DNA from: Aquificaceae bacterium
GTDB lineage: Bacteria; Aquificota; Aquificia; Aquificales; Aquificaceae
Direction: 5' to 3'
Assembly: GCA_041640635.1 (NCBI GenBank)
Contig: JBEPZX010000005.1
Coordinates: 24,838-88,837 of the forward strand
DNA length: 64,000 nt
Positions 1 through 15,305 of the stretch are shown piece after piece. Below the pieces are notes generated by a model that worked only from the letters and a program-made list of their open reading frames with translations, did no database searches and had not been told where the DNA came from. A program made the position numbers and the translations under genes. Position 1 is the first letter of the stretch, and every line of letters starts with the position of its first letter.

Positions 1-6534
<6,534 letters not shown>

Positions 6535-6567
6535 CTTTTAACCCTCTGCAAAGGTGTAAACTTATAA

Positions 6568-6596
6568 ATTATATTTAAGTATGTATGAAATGTCAA
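6568..6596 (-). promoter_or_regulatory. Consensus sigma70 promoter for rpoBC
   Basis: Minus strand TTGACA (6596-6591), 17-nt spacer, TATAAT (6573-6568), just upstream of the rpoB ATG. Confidence 0.85.
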
Positions 6597-6604
6597 TAAA
6601 AAAC

Positions 6605-6631
6605 AAAAAACCTCCTGTTTTTTACAGGAGG
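6605..6631 (-). terminator. Rho-independent terminator after rplL
   Basis: Minus strand hairpin CCTCCTGT-loop-ACAGGAGG (6631-6611) followed by TTTTTT; a second hairpin AGATCCT/AGGATCT lies at 6643-6663. Confidence 0.8.
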
Positions 6632-6666
6632 CTTGCATAGAAAGATCCTTCATAACAGGATCTGGT

Positions 6667-7056
6667 TTACTTTACCTCTACTTCTGCACCTGCTTCTTCA
6701 AGTTTTTTCTTTATTTGTTCAGCTTCTTCCTTCGATACTCCTTCTTTTATAGGTTTTGGAGCACCTTCAACTAGATCCTTAGCTTCTTTTAGACCTAGAC
6801 CAGTAATTTCCCTTACTACTTTGATAACGTTTATCTTGTTAGCCCCAGCAGATTTGAGAATTACGTCAAATTCAGTCTTTTCCTCCGCAGGTGCGGCTGT
6901 AGGTGCTCCTGCTGCAGCAACAGCTGCTGGAGCTGCTACCATAGCGGTTGCAGAAACTCCAAATTTTTCCTCAAGCTTTTTTACAAGCTCTGCAACTTCA
7001 AGAAGCGTCATGTTGCCTATAGCTTCTACAATTTCATCAATAGTAAGTGCTGCCAT
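6667..7056 (-). CDS. rplL: 50S ribosomal protein L7/L12
   Basis: [10 protein letters not shown]...[29 protein letters not shown] Shine-Dalgarno (SD). Confidence 0.98.
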   Translation of the reverse strand: MAALTIDEIVEAIGNMTLLEVAELVKKLEEKFGVSATAMVAAPAAVAAAGAPTAAPAEEKTEFDVILKSAGANKINVIKVVREITGLGLKEAKDLVEGAPKPIKEGVSKEEAEQIKKKLEEAGAEVEVK

Positions 7057-7069
7057 ATTTATACCTCCT

Positions 7070-7606
7070 TTAAGATTTCTTTTCTTCTATAGCTTTTAAT
7101 GTAAGCACCAATTTTTGTGGTGCGTTCTTGAGTGCAAGTATAAAGTTAACAATAGGTGCTTGTATAACACCCATGAGCTTGGATATAAGCACCTCTTTAG
7201 GTGGAAGTTCAGCTAACGCTTGTACTTCCGCAGGTCTCAAAAATCTTCCTTGCATATATGCACCTTTTATTTTCTCCAAAGGCTTGTCTTTATTTAGCTC
7301 TTTCCCAAATTCGTATATTATCTTCGCTACTGCTACAGGATCACCATAAGCAAAAACAAGAGCGGTAGGACCGACCAAAACATCTCTATGATCTGCCATA
7401 GGTGTGTTCATAAAAGCTCTATAAAATAGAGTGTTTTTACCTATTAGCATTTCTCCACTCGAGTCTTTTATCTTCTCGCGAACACTAGTTAAGGTCTGTG
7501 CATCTACATAAGTAAAGTCCATAAATACAATTAAGGATGATTTTTGTATTCTATCGGTATAACCCTTGATAAGCTCAGCTTTTTGAGCCCAACTTCTCTT
7601 TTCCAT
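7070..7606 (-). CDS. rplJ: 50S ribosomal protein L10
   Basis: KNTLFYRA and [10 protein letters not shown] motifs; lies between rplA and rplL. Confidence 0.95.
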   Translation of the reverse strand: MEKRSWAQKAELIKGYTDRIQKSSLIVFMDFTYVDAQTLTSVREKIKDSSGEMLIGKNTLFYRAFMNTPMADHRDVLVGPTALVFAYGDPVAVAKIIYEFGKELNKDKPLEKIKGAYMQGRFLRPAEVQALAELPPKEVLISKLMGVIQAPIVNFILALKNAPQKLVLTLKAIEEKKS

Positions 7607-7616
7607 GTTATCCTCC

Positions 7617-8342
7617 TTACGCCGCTAATTCCTGAAGTTTTTTAAGTGTAGAAGGCACATCTACCTTTACACCAGGTGTCATAGTAGCGGATACAGTTAT
7701 GTTTTTTACATACTGACCCTTAGCTCCTGATGGCTTAGCTTTAACTATGGCATCTACAGCTGCATAAATATTTTCAATTAATTTTTGATTATCAAAGGAA
7801 ATTTTACCTACCGGCATGTGCACATTACCAGTCTTATCAACTCTAAATTCAACTCTACCTTTTTTGGCTTCTTCTACAGCTTGTCTTATGTTTGTAGTAA
7901 CAGTCCCAGTCTTTGGATTGGGCATTAAACCTCTTGGTCCTAAGATTTTGCCAAGCTTTGCTACCTTAGGCATCATATCGGGTGTAGCTATAACTACATC
8001 GTAATCAACCCATTCTTCTTTTTGTATTTTGTTTATAAGGTCCTCACCACCTACGTAGTCTGCACCTGCTTCTTGTGCAACCTTTTGGAATTCACCTTCG
8101 GCCAAAACTAATACCTTAATAGGTCTTCCTAATCCATGGGGTAAAATCACAGAACCTCTCACCATCTGGTCTGCATACTTAGGATCTACACCTAGTCTAA
8201 AGGCTACTTCGACTGTTTGGTCAAACTTCACTTCCATAACCTGGTGCAGACGTTTTAGAATATCCACAGCTTCTTCTAAAGAGTAAGGATTATTTTTCTC
8301 GTACACTTCTAAAGCTCTTAAATACTTCTTTCCTCTTTCCAT
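7617..8342 (-). CDS. rplA: 50S ribosomal protein L1
   Basis: [36 protein letters not shown]. Confidence 0.98.
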   Translation of the reverse strand: MERGKKYLRALEVYEKNNPYSLEEAVDILKRLHQVMEVKFDQTVEVAFRLGVDPKYADQMVRGSVILPHGLGRPIKVLVLAEGEFQKVAQEAGADYVGGEDLINKIQKEEWVDYDVVIATPDMMPKVAKLGKILGPRGLMPNPKTGTVTTNIRQAVEEAKKGRVEFRVDKTGNVHMPVGKISFDNQKLIENIYAAVDAIVKAKPSGAKGQYVKNITVSATMTPGVKVDVPSTLKKLQELAA

Positions 8343-8346
8343 GATC

Positions 8347-8784
8347 TCACTCCTTATATCCTTCTACTTCTATACCCATACTCTTGGCAGTTCCTACTAT
8401 TTGCCTTACTATCATATTTATGTCCTTGGTATTCATATCCTTCATCTTGATCTTTGCAATTTCTTGAACCTGGTTAATTGTTACTTTTCCTACTTTATTA
8501 CGCTTAGGGTCTCCAGATCCTTTTTGAACTTTTGCAGCTTTTTTGAGCAAGTAGGAAACTGGGGGAGTTTTCATTATAAATGAGAAGCTTCTATCTTGAT
8601 AAATTGTTATAACTACTGGTACAACTGTACCAGGTTCAAAATCCTTGCTTGCAGCATTGAACTGTTTTACAAATTCCATTATATTTACACCATGTTGACC
8701 AAGAGCAGGACCCACTGGTGGTGCAGGGGTAGCCTGCTGAGCAGGCAACATAAGCTCAACCTTTGCACTAACTTTCTTTGCCAT
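8347..8784 (-). CDS. rplK: 50S ribosomal protein L11
   Basis: [34 protein letters not shown]. Confidence 0.98.
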   Translation of the reverse strand: MAKKVSAKVELMLPAQQATPAPPVGPALGQHGVNIMEFVKQFNAASKDFEPGTVVPVVITIYQDRSFSFIMKTPPVSYLLKKAAKVQKGSGDPKRNKVGKVTINQVQEIAKIKMKDMNTKDINMIVRQIVGTAKSMGIEVEGYKE

Positions 8785-8794
8785 ACTTTTCCTC

Positions 8795-9520
8795 CTACAA
8801 CTTCTCTACCTGTGCAAAATCCAATTCCACAGGCGTTAATCTTCCAAATATGCTTATAAGGACTATCACCTTTTCCCTTTCTGGATGTACTTCTTCTACA
8901 GTTCCTGTAAAGTTCATAAACGGTCCTTCTATAACTCTAACTTGTTCTCCTTTTTCAAAGAGTGCCTTTACTGGTTTGACTCCTTTTTTGACTAAGGAAA
9001 GAATTCTCTCTATCTCCTTCTCATCTATAGGCGCAATTCTTCCACCTACGAGTACTGGCTTATATATGTGAGGTGTTTTTTCTATAGCCCTAAGCAATCT
9101 ATCATTCATATTTGCTTTTATAAGAAGGTATCCAGGAAACATTTTGGAATCTAATACTATCTTCACCTCGACCTTATTTTCATTACACACTATCTTTTGT
9201 CCAGGTTTAGATATGGGCGGTGCTTCTATACAGTTGTCTCCTTCAGGACTTTCAACAATCTTAGCTTCTCCATTTTCTATTCTTACTGTGGTCACACCTT
9301 TTTTGCCAAGGACACTAATATCCCTATTATTAGTCTTGAGAGAAAGCCTGTACTTTTCTTTACCTTGAGCTCTGATAACTACTTTCTCTTCAGCCGGTAC
9401 AACAACTTCCTCAACCAAGTCTTGAAGACCTTCTGTATTTATAACCATCAGCAAGTTTTCCCTTGCTGTGGCTTCTTTCCCTGCCTCAACTTGGAGTGCA
9501 TACCATTTAAACTCGTTCAT
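8795..9520 (-). CDS. nusG: Transcription elongation factor NusG with Aquifex-type insertion domain
   Basis: KWYALQV, FPGYLL, C-terminal [14 protein letters not shown]...[13 protein letters not shown] 9520 overlaps the secE stop (TGATG). Confidence 0.96.
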   Translation of the reverse strand: MNEFKWYALQVEAGKEATARENLLMVINTEGLQDLVEEVVVPAEEKVVIRAQGKEKYRLSLKTNNRDISVLGKKGVTTVRIENGEAKIVESPEGDNCIEAPPISKPGQKIVCNENKVEVKIVLDSKMFPGYLLIKANMNDRLLRAIEKTPHIYKPVLVGGRIAPIDEKEIERILSLVKKGVKPVKALFEKGEQVRVIEGPFMNFTGTVEEVHPEREKVIVLISIFGRLTPVELDFAQVEKL

Positions 9521-9714
9521 CAACTACCTCTCAAAGACAAAAGAAAGTGTATTATCCTAGTAAAAGCCAAATCAACAACCCATAAATAAATTCCAAAAAA
9601 TAAAGAAAATATTATAACACTTATACTGGCTTTTTGCACTAATTTTTTATTTGGCCAAGAAACCTTATTTATTTCCTGCTTCAAATCTTTTAAAAAGTAC
9701 CTAATTTTATCCAT
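9520..9714 (-). CDS. secE: Preprotein translocase SecE
   Basis: EINKVSWP motif plus one TM helix; start moved to ATG 9714 (GGAG SD upstream, outside the tRNA). Confidence 0.92.
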   Translation of the reverse strand: MDKIRYFLKDLKQEINKVSWPNKKLVQKASISVIIFSLFFGIYLWVVDLAFTRIIHFLLSLRGS

Positions 9715-9727
9715 GTTTTTCTCCATA

Positions 9728-9800
9728 CGGGGCACGGAGGACTCGAACCCCCAACCGCGGGATTTGGAGTCCCGCGCTCTGCCAATTGAGCTAGTGCCCC
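9728..9800 (-). tRNA. tRNA-Trp (CCA)
   Basis: Cloverleaf with acceptor GGGGCAC/GTGCCCC, anticodon loop CT-CCA-AA, T-loop GTTCGAG; 3' CCA not encoded. Confidence 0.96.
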
Positions 9801-9801
9801 T

Positions 9802-9960
9802 TTACTTAACTTCCCTGTGAACAGTGTGTTTTTTACACCACTTACAGTATTTTTTCATCTCTACCCTTTGTGGGTGTTTTTGCTTATTCTTTGTGGTCGT
9901 ATAGTTTCTTCTCTTACACTCCGTACATGCCAAAGTTATTATTTCCCTAGCTGCAGCCAT
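9802..9960 (-). CDS. rpmG: 50S ribosomal protein L33 (zinc-ribbon form), 52 aa
   Basis: Below the ORF-track cutoff: [52 protein letters not shown]; two CxxC motifs; GAGGT SD. Confidence 0.97.
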   Translation of the reverse strand: MAAAREIITLACTECKRRNYTTTKNKQKHPQRVEMKKYCKWCKKHTVHREVK

Positions 9961-9971
9961 TTCTTCACACC

Positions 9972-11189
9972 TCAGTCAAGTATTTTGGTAACAACACCAG
10001 CCCCTACTGTCCTTCCTCCTTCCCTTATTGCAAACCTAAGCCCCTCTTCCATCGCCACCGGCTTGACTAGCTCCACCTCAAACTCCACATTATCCCCTGG
10101 CATAACCATCTCTTGCCCCTCTGGTAACTTCACTACTGTACCTGTCACATCCGCTGTCCTAAAGTAAAACTGTGGCCTGTAATTGACAAAAAATGGTGTG
10201 TGCCTTCCTCCTTCTTCCTTCGACAAAACATACACCTGTGCCCTAAATCTCTTGTGTGGTGTCACACTGCCTGGCTTTGCCAACACTTGTCCCCTCTCTA
10301 CATCGTCCTTGCCTACACCCCTTAGCAACACTCCTACGTTGTCACCTGGCAATGCCTCATCTAGTATCTTCCTAAACATCTCTATGGATGTGGCTACCGT
10401 CTTTATTGCCTCCTCTTTTATACCTACTATCTCTACTTCCTCACCTGGCTTGAGAACTCCTCTCTCTACTCTTCCTGTTACCACTGTCCCACGCCCTGAT
10501 ATGGTAAATACGTCCTCTACTGGCATCAAAAATGGTTTGTCTACTTCCCTCTGTGGTGTGGGTATGTAGTTGTCCATGGCGTTTATTAGCTCCACTATGG
10601 AGTTACACCACTTGTCAGCTTTGCCTGCACTTAGTTCCTCCAGTGCCCCTAGTGCTGATCCCCTTATTATAGGTACCTCGTCCCCAGGAAATTCGTACTT
10701 GGATAGTAGTTCCCTTACTTCTAGTTCTACTAGATCCAATAGCTCCTCATCGTCTACCATATCGCATTTGTTCATAAACACTACTATGTATGGAACGTTT
10801 ACTTGTCTTGCAAGCAGTACGTGCTCCCTTGTTTGTGGCATGGGTCCGTCTGCTGCTGACACTACCAGTATGGCTCCGTCCATTTGGGCAGCACCTGTGA
10901 TCATGTTCTTTATGTAGTCTGCGTGTCCTGGACAGTCTACGTGTGCGTAGTGTCTCTTGGCTGATTCGTATTCTACGTGTGTTATGTTTATGGTAATTCC
11001 TCTTTCTTTCTCTTCTGGTGCTTTATCTATTTCTTCGTATCTCATGCATTTGGCTTTTCCGCCTGGTAGTATACCTGCTCCTAGTACGCATGTTATAGCT
11101 GATGTTAATGTGGATTTCCCGTGGTCAACGTGACCTATGGTCCCTACATTAACGTGCTCTTTCTCTCTAACAAATTTCTCCTTCGCCAT
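9972..11189 (-). CDS. tuf: Elongation factor Tu
   Basis: [29 protein letters not shown]. Confidence 0.99.
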   Translation of the reverse strand: MAKEKFVREKEHVNVGTIGHVDHGKSTLTSAITCVLGAGILPGGKAKCMRYEEIDKAPEEKERGITINITHVEYESAKRHYAHVDCPGHADYIKNMITGAAQMDGAILVVSAADGPMPQTREHVLLARQVNVPYIVVFMNKCDMVDDEELLDLVELEVRELLSKYEFPGDEVPIIRGSALGALEELSAGKADKWCNSIVELINAMDNYIPTPQREVDKPFLMPVEDVFTISGRGTVVTGRVERGVLKPGEEVEIVGIKEEAIKTVATSIEMFRKILDEALPGDNVGVLLRGVGKDDVERGQVLAKPGSVTPHKRFRAQVYVLSKEEGGRHTPFFVNYRPQFYFRTADVTGTVVKLPEGQEMVMPGDNVEFEVELVKPVAMEEGLRFAIREGGRTVGAGVVTKILD

Positions 11190-11207
11190 CTTCTGACCTC
11201 CTCTTTA

Positions 11208-11280
11208 AGCCCAGGACCGGACTTGAACCGGCGACCTCACCCTTACCAAGGGTGTGCTCTGCCGACTGAGCTACCTGGGC
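11208..11280 (-). tRNA. tRNA-Thr (GGT)
   Basis: Acceptor GCCCAGG/CCTGGGC; anticodon stem CACCC-TT-GGT-AA-GGGTG; no encoded CCA. Confidence 0.96.
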
Positions 11281-11296
11281 ACAATTAAAATAAAAA

Positions 11297-11368
11297 AGCG
11301 GGCGATGGGACTCGAACCCACGACCTGCTGCTTGGAAGGCAGCTGCTCTACCACTGAGCTACGCCCGC
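11297..11368 (-). tRNA. tRNA-Gly (TCC)
   Basis: Acceptor GCGGGCG/CGCCCGC; anticodon stem GCTGC-CT-TCC-AA-GCAGC; no encoded CCA. Confidence 0.96.
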
Positions 11369-11455
11369 TGGTGGAGGGGGCAGGATTCGAACCTGCGTAG
11401 GGCGGAGCCCGGGGGATTTACAGTCCCCTGCCTTTGTCCACTCGGCCACCCCTCC
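11369..11455 (-). tRNA. tRNA-Tyr (GTA)
   Basis: Acceptor GGAGGGG/CCCCTCC followed by A-CCA; long variable arm; anticodon loop CT-GTA-AA. Confidence 0.96.
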
Positions 11456-11465
11456 TAAACTCACA

Positions 11466-11538
11466 AGCTGGCGGTGGGACTTGAACCCACGACCGCGGGA
11501 TTACAAATCCCGCGCTCTGCCGACTGAGCTACGCCAGC
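11466..11538 (-). tRNA. tRNA-Thr (TGT)
   Basis: Acceptor GCTGGCG/CGCCAGC; anticodon stem CGGGA-TT-TGT-AA-TCCCG; no encoded CCA. Confidence 0.96.
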
Positions 11539-11548
11539 TAAATATATT

Positions 11549-11577
11549 ATCATACACTATAAACTCTTGCAAGTCAA
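11549..11577 (-). promoter_or_regulatory. sigma70 promoter of the tRNA-tuf operon
   Basis: Minus strand TTGACT (11577-11572), 17 nt, TATGAT (11554-11549), ending 10 nt before tRNA-Thr. Confidence 0.75.
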
Positions 11578-11599
11578 TAACTTATTCCAAATTCTCAAT

Positions 11600-11641
11600 T
11601 TGACTAAAATCACCACTTTTTGAAAGTATATCGTTTATTCT
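11600..11641 (+). promoter_or_regulatory. Putative Crp/Fnr-type box plus -10 element for a leaderless nuoG transcript
   Basis: TTGAC-TAAA-ATCAC (11600-11613) is centred 41.5 nt upstream of the ATG; TATTCT sits at -12..-7; no SD. Confidence 0.45.
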
Positions 11642-11647
11642 ATTAAT

Positions 11648-13507
11648 ATGGAAAAGGTTAAAATAGTGGTAGATGGTAAAGAGCTAGAAGTAGAGAAAGG
11701 AAAAACTGTTTTAAAAGCAGCTCTAGAAAACGGAATAAATATACCTTACTTTTGCTACCACCCTAGACTCAAAATTATAGGTGCCTGCCGAATGTGCATA
11801 GCTTACAATGAAAAAACGGGTAGGCTCTTTACTACTTGCAACACGCCTGTAGAAGATGGGATGATTATCTCTACCAAACATCCTAGCGTTGTAGTCAATC
11901 AAAAATACTTACTTCAGGCTCTTATGACAAGGCATCCATTGGACTGTCCTATATGCGACAAGGCTGGTGAGTGTGACCTTCAAAATTACGGTGCCATGTT
12001 TGGTCCTCAGCAACAGATAGTTCCCATATCAGCCTTAGAGAAAGACAGGCACTATGTAGATTGGGAAAGTGATTTCTTGGAGTACTACACAAACAGATGT
12101 GTAGTTTGTTATAGATGTACACGTGCGTGTAGCGATGTAGTTGGGGCTAATGCCTTGTATGTAGAGGAAAGGGGCTTTCATGCAAATATAGCTCCTACGG
12201 TTAAACCTTTTGATACATCAAGTTGTGAAATGTGTGGGCTGTGCGTGCACGTTTGTCCGGTAGGTGCCATTATTTCCAAACCTTTCAAGTATTGGACCAG
12301 AAGCTGGTTACTACAAAAGGACAAAACAGCGTGTAATTTATGTCCAGTGGGATGTGAAATTCAAGTTGAGTATGGCATAGGAGACTGGAAATCCGAGCAA
12401 AAGGTGTATAGAACAAAGCCTACCGACGAACTAAACATATGTAGCAAAGCCTTTTTGGGTTACGATGCGATAAACTATGAGAGATTGTTAAAACCAATAG
12501 CTTATGGAAAAGAAGTAGGTATAGGTGAAGCCGTTAATTTCCTGTCTATATCTATCAGAGACGGCTTTGAAAAAACAGCCATAATACTTTCCAACTTTTT
12601 AAGCAATGAGGTTTTAGACGCTATTTACAGAGTATCCAAAGCTTCAGGATGTTATGTAACTTCAACCCTAACGCTGGATATGGCAGAATTCCTAGAAGGT
12701 TATGGCGAATACCAAGAACCCAGCATAGAAAACGTAAAGAATGCTTCAACATATGTGCTCTTAGGAGAAGACATAACTTCAACAAGTCCTGTTCTCTCTT
12801 ACTACATTAAAGGGAATGTCTACACCTTAGACAATAAGAGAGTAAGAGATAAAAAGCTAAACCCTGAGTTAATTACATGGGAGAAATTGGAAGATTTAAA
12901 GGACTATATAGCAATTGTTAACACAACAGGTCTTGAAAATGCCAAAGAGTGGGGCAAAAAATTGAGAGGCAAGAAAGTTTTACTACTTCATTATGGCTCA
13001 AACAGTTTGGGTGTTTACAAAAGATTTAAAGACCACCTTTCACACCTAGACTCCGTATTAGATGCCATCGAAAAAGGAAAGGTGAAAAATCTCATAATTT
13101 TCGGAGAAGATATTTTGGATTACTACAACTACTTAGAAATCAAGAATACACTTAGCAAAGTTGAGAAGCTTATAGTGTTTAGCCCCTTCTTGGATGGTCT
13201 TTCTTCCATAGCACACATAAAAATACCTATGACTCTATATGGAGAAGCGGATGGAACTATAGATTCCCTAATGAAAGACAACAGGCTCAAGAGTTTTCTA
13301 CCTTGGAGATTCGATGAAAAGACTTTTTATGAGTACCTTGTTTCTGATTTACCTGCACAAGATAAAGGAATACCTGTCATTAAAGGTTGGGCAAATGGGA
13401 AAAATTACACAAAACCAGAACTTCACATCTACAGAAGCAACTGGATATTAAAAAGAAGCAAAAACCTTGAAGCGCTCTACGATAAACAGGTAGAAATTAA
13501 GGTATGA
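11648..13507 (+). CDS. nuoG: NADH-quinone oxidoreductase subunit G (stand-alone)
   Basis: IPYFCYHPRL..GACRMC (2Fe-2S), HPLDCPICDKAGECDLQ, CVVCYRCTRAC, CEMCGLCVHVCPVGA, CNLCPVGC; degenerate molybdopterin-fold C-terminus. Confidence 0.9.
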   Translation: MEKVKIVVDGKELEVEKGKTVLKAALENGINIPYFCYHPRLKIIGACRMCIAYNEKTGRLFTTCNTPVEDGMIISTKHPSVVVNQKYLLQALMTRHPLDCPICDKAGECDLQNYGAMFGPQQQIVPISALEKDRHYVDWESDFLEYYTNRCVVCYRCTRACSDVVGANALYVEERGFHANIAPTVKPFDTSSCEMCGLCVHVCPVGAIISKPFKYWTRSWLLQKDKTACNLCPVGCEIQVEYGIGDWKSEQKVYRTKPTDELNICSKAFLGYDAINYERLLKPIAYGKEVGIGEAVNFLSISIRDGFEKTAIILSNFLSNEVLDAIYRVSKASGCYVTSTLTLDMAEFLEGYGEYQEPSIENVKNASTYVLLGEDITSTSPVLSYYIKGNVYTLDNKRVRDKKLNPELITWEKLEDLKDYIAIVNTTGLENAKEWGKKLRGKKVLLLHYGSNSLGVYKRFKDHLSHLDSVLDAIEKGKVKNLIIFGEDILDYYNYLEIKNTLSKVEKLIVFSPFLDGLSSIAHIKIPMTLYGEADGTIDSLMKDNRLKSFLPWRFDEKTFYEYLVSDLPAQDKGIPVIKGWANGKNYTKPELHIYRSNWILKRSKNLEALYDKQVEIKV

Positions 13508-13794
13508 AGGATAGATTAAATGAAGTAAGAGAAAAGTTGGAAAGTATGGGATACACAAACGTATACCAATGGTGTGATCCGCCCGGCACTTTTTACGATT
13601 GGCACACACATAGCGAAGATGAGATAAGATGGGTGTACAAAGGTTCTATCGTGATAGGAACGCAAGAAGGAGTTTTTTATCTAAAAGAGGGAGATATGTT
13701 GGAGATACCGGCAGGAACGAGACATTGGGCAAGAACGGAAGAAGGTGTTTGTTATTTGTGTGCAACAAAGAGAAAAAACTCTGCAAAAAAATAA
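13504..13794 (+). CDS. Cupin-domain protein
   Basis: WHTHSEDE and GDMLEIPAGTRH cupin motifs; overlaps the nuoG stop. Confidence 0.85.
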   Translation: MKDRLNEVREKLESMGYTNVYQWCDPPGTFYDWHTHSEDEIRWVYKGSIVIGTQEGVFYLKEGDMLEIPAGTRHWARTEEGVCYLCATKRKNSAKK

Positions 13795-13986
13795 AGAGAT
13801 GAAAAGTATAATAAACCGATCTTAGCTTGCAATGCACAGAGTTGAGTAAGCTTTAAAACCGTAGTAAGTTAACTTTGTGATTTACAATACCAAAAAACTT
13901 TCAACGTGATTTTTTTATTGAAGGTTTGTCAATATTTTTCAAAACTTGGTAAAGCTTTTCAATGCACTAAATACAAGTTGGTACGC

Positions 13987-14634
13987 TTAAATAGCTTTTG
14001 CAATGAAGAAAGCGTGAACTTGCGAAGCACCAGCCATTAGCAAGAGTTTAGCAAGATAAGATACGGTAGTACCTGAGGTTATAAGGTCATCAAAGATGAG
14101 TATAACCTTGTTTTCTATAAGATCTAAACTTTCTTTTCTTAGATCAAATTCTCTAACCGCTTTTTCTCTTTCTTCCTTGCTCAAAAGAGCCATGGGTTTG
14201 GAGAAACCTCTTCTAATAAAAAGTTTAATAGGTGTTACACCAGCATGTTTTAGTATAAGTTCTGCATGGTTGAACCCTCTTTGCCAAATGCGTCTGTAGT
14301 TCAGAGGCGGAAAGGTTACGTAATCGGGCTTTACTTGGTGGATGTAATCCCACAGGTAAGGTTTTATAATCTCTCCTAGTATTCTCGCCAAAGGCTTATT
14401 TAGATGGAACTTTATAGACTTTATAGTATGCATTAATACACCTTCGTATATTCCAAAAATTCTGTAAGAGAATAAATACTCTATGTGCTCGTATTCTATT
14501 GGGTGATAGGGTTTTATGTTATTAATACACTCCTCACATATATAGCCTTGATCGATAAAATAGTTTTCCTTTTTACAAACGGCACATTCAGTATCAATTA
14601 ATCCAAGCTTTTTTATTATATGTATTAAGTTCAC
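13987..14634 (-). CDS. comF: ComF family phosphoribosyltransferase-like protein
   Basis: N-terminal CxxC...CxxC zinc ribbon, RGFNH, ILIFDDLITSGTT. Confidence 0.88.
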   Translation of the reverse strand: MNLIHIIKKLGLIDTECAVCKKENYFIDQGYICEECINNIKPYHPIEYEHIEYLFSYRIFGIYEGVLMHTIKSIKFHLNKPLARILGEIIKPYLWDYIHQVKPDYVTFPPLNYRRIWQRGFNHAELILKHAGVTPIKLFIRRGFSKPMALLSKEEREKAVREFDLRKESLDLIENKVILIFDDLITSGTTVSYLAKLLLMAGASQVHAFFIAKAI

Positions 14635-15305
14635 ATTAATCCCATTGATCTAAGAGAAACGTATCCCCATTCATTGATTATAAGATGGTCTATCAAATCA
14701 AAACCTAGTAAATTGCAAGCATCTTGTAATCTCTTGGTGAATTGTATATCTTCCTTTGATGGTTTTAGCTCACCTTTTGGGTGATTGTGTATCAGGATTA
14801 TACCTTGGCATGCAAGCCTAACAGCCTTATACAGAATATCCTTTGGGTCTGCATGTAAACTGTTCATTCTTCCAATAGCTATTACTTCGTAGCTCAGTAA
14901 CCTATTGGAAGGGCTAAGATACATAGCTATCAAATGCTCTCTTCTGTTGTCTACCTCTTTTCTTACAACTTTATAAACATCCTCTGGCGAAGATATTTTT
15001 ACCTCACCAAGCGGGTTATTTATTCTTTTAGAAAGCTCTATAACCGCCTTTATTTGACAAGCCTTTGCTAAACCTATTCCTTTTATAAGTTCCTGAATCT
15101 CTTCAACTGACATTTTGGATATTTTTTCCCAACCAATACTTAGAACTTCTTTGGAAAGACTAATAACATCCATATCCTTACTTCCTGAACCTAGTATTAA
15201 GGCAAGAAGTTCTTCTTCCACCAAGATTTCTGGACCGAATCTCAAAAGTTTTTCCCTTGGTCTTAAGTCTTGAGGTATTTCTTTAATGGTTTTCTCCTTG
15301 TACAC
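14631..15305 (-). CDS. radC: RadC (JAB/MPN domain) family protein
   Basis: PREKL...ELLALILGSG and the JAB motif HNHPKG..PSKED...IDHLII. Confidence 0.93.
   Translation of the reverse strand: MYKEKTIKEIPQDLRPREKLLRFGPEILVEEELLALILGSGSKDMDVISLSKEVLSIGWEKISKMSVEEIQELIKGIGLAKACQIKAVIELSKRINNPLGEVKISSPEDVYKVVRKEVDNRREHLIAMYLSPSNRLLSYEVIAIGRMNSLHADPKDILYKAVRLACQGIILIHNHPKGELKPSKEDIQFTKRLQDACNLLGFDLIDHLIINEWGYVSLRSMGLM

Noticed and set aside
9715..9735. Longer ORF-track starts for secE (also fabD 19424, accA 23839, DUF4416 48400, ffh 51938, leuB 51899, glnB 62287, flavodoxin 63397)
   Set aside because: They overlap a tRNA, a neighbouring gene or the promoter; downstream ATGs fit the SD or -10 position and the family N-terminus better.
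14631..15305. radC as a marker of a mobile element
   Set aside because: It is the full-length chromosomal type inside a housekeeping gene run, with no integrase, transposase or att repeats nearby.
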